In this document: positions 62,081-64,000 of the stretch, one piece after another
Layout of the letters: the number at the start of each line of letters is the position of its first letter
How positions within the stretch are numbered: position 1 is the stretch's first letter
DNA from: Bilabrum cf. latius
Taxonomy: Eukaryota
Direction of reading: 5' to 3'
NCBI GenBank assembly: GCA_965178125.1
Contig: OZ237757.1
Span: 930,001 to 994,000 of the forward strand
Length of the DNA stretch: 64,000 nt
Made by a program: the position numbers and the translations under genes
Notes under the pieces: generated by a model
Databases searched by the model: none
Told to the model about the DNA's origin: nothing
What the model saw: only the letters and a program-made list of their open reading frames with translations

Positions 62081-63151
62081 TCAATAGAGAAATATTTTTT
62101 TTGTGCTAACTACATAATTATTATCAACATTAATAGCAACATAACCAAAGAGAGGGAGAGAATGAAGGGTTTTTTTAATTCGTTTTCTAGTAGGAGCGTC
62201 AAAACTTAAGACTGTTTCTAAAATATATTTTAAACTTTTAGCTGTAATTGTTTTATAAATGATATGGGTTGTAATTTCGTTCATAATGGTTCGTGTCTTC
62301 ATACCGTCGCTTATTTTGTGGGTGATGTCTAAAACGCTACTTGCTGTGTGCCTTCCTGTAGTTGCTAGGATTTCCAATAAAAAATAAGCCTTTGCTTTCT
62401 GGTTCCTTTTTTTAAAGCCTTCGTAATCATCCAGAATAAATAAATTAGGTTCAGCGGTCAATTTTTTAAAAAACTCAACATTTAATTTAAAACCTTTTTC
62501 TATTAAATCTTTCTCAGGTTTCAAATCCTCTATCTTTCTTTCAGCTTCAATAACAACATCTAAAGGTTTAGATTTCATCAAAGAAGATTTCTTATATTTA
62601 AATTCTAATTTCATTTTTTTATAATAAGCCATTTTTTCCTTATATAAAGTGTTTTCATTCTCTTTAACCAAATCATCTATATCAATGAAGGTCGCGCCTT
62701 CTCTTTTATATTTAGGGTCTTGAATTGGTGATATAACATACATATTTTTATATTTTAATCCTCTATACATCCTTATATAATGTAAAGCTAAATGACTTTT
62801 CCCGCTTCCACTCTTACCAAATAATCGCACATATTCACGCCCCTATGGAAAGAGCATAGGAAAAGGTAAATATTGACTATTATCTTTAATCGCAAATTCC
62901 TAAACTGACCGTATATATTCATCTTGTAATAGTTTATGTAATTGTTCCCTTTTCTTGTCCTTATCAACGTTATATCTTACTCGGCTTTCTCCGTAATAAG
63001 ATTTTAAAACATCATCTGTTATCTCTTCCGCTTTGACGTGTTGAATATCTTTAGCGTTCGGGTCGTAATAAATAAACCGGTTCTATTGTGTTTTTTTGTA
63101 TTTTTGAATAGCTACAATATGGCTATTTTCCGTATATTGTAAAGATAGCAT
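62081..63151 (-). CDS. FtsK/HerA (A32-like) genome packaging ATPase (356 aa)
   Basis: Walker A GKSGSGKS, Walker B FILDD, TTGRH, ITH, TRTIMNE. Extended upstream through 3 TAGs. Ends TGA. Confidence 0.9.
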
Positions 63152-63243
63152 TATATATAATAATAAAATAAAATAAACCATTTATTCACACGGGTTTAAA
63201 ATATTAAGTTGGTTCCTTCTTCTATCCTTCCTCACAAAAAAAG

Positions 63244-64000
63244 TTATAGAGACATAATTATATTTTTAATTTCCGCCCGTGTTTTCCTATTTATGTATTG
63301 GTCAATCCACGATATTATCTTATTAATATTTGCTTTAGAATACTTTGAAAATTGTTTTATTATTTCCACATTTCCTAATGCTTTTCTCATTAGTCCTTTT
63401 AGGCTTTGAAATGATTTTGACTTCTCGCTTTGATGTCCTTTTATTCTTAGCATACTTTCTAATCGCATTCTTATGGAATATAAATATCCTAATGCTTCCC
63501 TATCAATTAAATCATTGACTCTTTTTTCATTCCTCTTCTCACCTCTTAATTTAAATAAATCCTTCAATCGTTTTAATACTTTAAAATTATTAGAACCAAA
63601 ATATTTATCTACATCTCTTATTAATCCATCTTTTACCTCGTCCTAATCTATTTCATAATCACTTATATGATAAATTATGCTTATTTCATCTATAAATTTT
63701 CCATCAAAAGCCCAAAAATCAATTTTTAAGTATGGTTTATCTCCGCTAAATATCTATTTATAAATGGTTTTAACGGGTGTAGATATGAATGCTTTTATGG
63801 TCTTGTATTTTTTATTACCAGCTTTAACCTCAATAAAATTAACCTAACTTATAAAAACCTTTACAAATCTTATTAAACTATTTATAAATTCAGGCTCTAC
63901 CCTCTAATATAAATCTATATCACTAGCAAACAAGGAATAATAAGGAATAGCATACGAACCATTTAAAAATAAATTAGCCCCCTTCTTAAAATTCACCTCA
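63244..64000 (-). CDS. nucleotidyltransferase-fold protein (possibly Sputnik V21-like), 5' end outside the window
   Basis: LNGSY...ASDIDLY(Q), FIEVKAG, YLKIDF. Frame open to the window edge with TAG=Q. Ends TAA. Confidence 0.6.

Larger units (their letters stand above)
45941..64000. mobile_element. endogenous virophage (Lavidaviridae/Maveriviricetes-like); right end outside the window
   Basis: Abrupt GC-to-AT switch inside a host gene. Contains the four virophage core genes (ATPase, protease, penton, MCP) plus pPolB, primase-helicase and GIY-YIG genes. Confidence 0.93.

Noticed and set aside
45941-64000. Virophage genes as a decayed pseudogene set with nonsense mutations
   Set aside because: Only TAG interrupts the genes. 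I found no internal TAA/TGA or frameshifts in the core genes, catalytic motifs are intact, and host housekeeping genes show the same pattern.
1023-64000. Ciliate-type code (TAA and TAG both Gln), TAG=pyrrolysine, or A-to-I editing of TAG to Trp
   Set aside because: TAA ends many host and viral genes and was not seen internally. The informative TAG positions correspond to Gln, not Trp or Lys.
45941-64000. Bacterial prophage or contaminant contig
   Set aside because: The gene set is virophage-type, there are no phage head/tail genes, and the element shares the host's TAG usage. A chimeric join still needs a read-level check.
1-64000. Suppressor tRNA-Gln(CUA) or integrase gene inside the window
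   Set aside because: I saw no cloverleaf and no rve or tyrosine-recombinase motifs by eye. This needs tRNAscan-SE and the adjacent sequence.

Overview
The window has two parts. Bases 1-~45,940 are GC-rich, gene-dense, intron-poor nuclear DNA of a eukaryote, probably a protist. Genes there include a VPS9-domain GEF, an ABCC transporter, a GH3 glycosidase, a cAMP-receptor-like GPCR, Hsp110, a fatty-acid elongase, TSR3, a PTEN-like phosphatase, a fucosyltransferase-like protein and a DHHC palmitoyltransferase. From ~45,941 to the window end the sequence switches abruptly to very AT-rich DNA. This is an endogenous virophage (packaging ATPase, cysteine protease, penton, major capsid protein, pPolB, primase-helicase, three GIY-YIG genes) inserted into the DHHC gene; its right end and any integrase lie outside the window. 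The main observation is that host and virophage genes are both broken by many in-frame TAG codons but not by TAA or TGA, and they become full-length when TAG is read as sense. Conserved positions indicate TAG=Gln, while TAA and TGA remain stops. The supplied ORF track is therefore fragmented, and the coordinates below are my manual re-translation with TAG=Q. The virophage also carries a four-copy ~135 bp structured intergenic repeat, a 20 bp tandem hairpin array and a fixed-distance promoter-like motif. Family assignments come from motif recognition only; no database searches were run.
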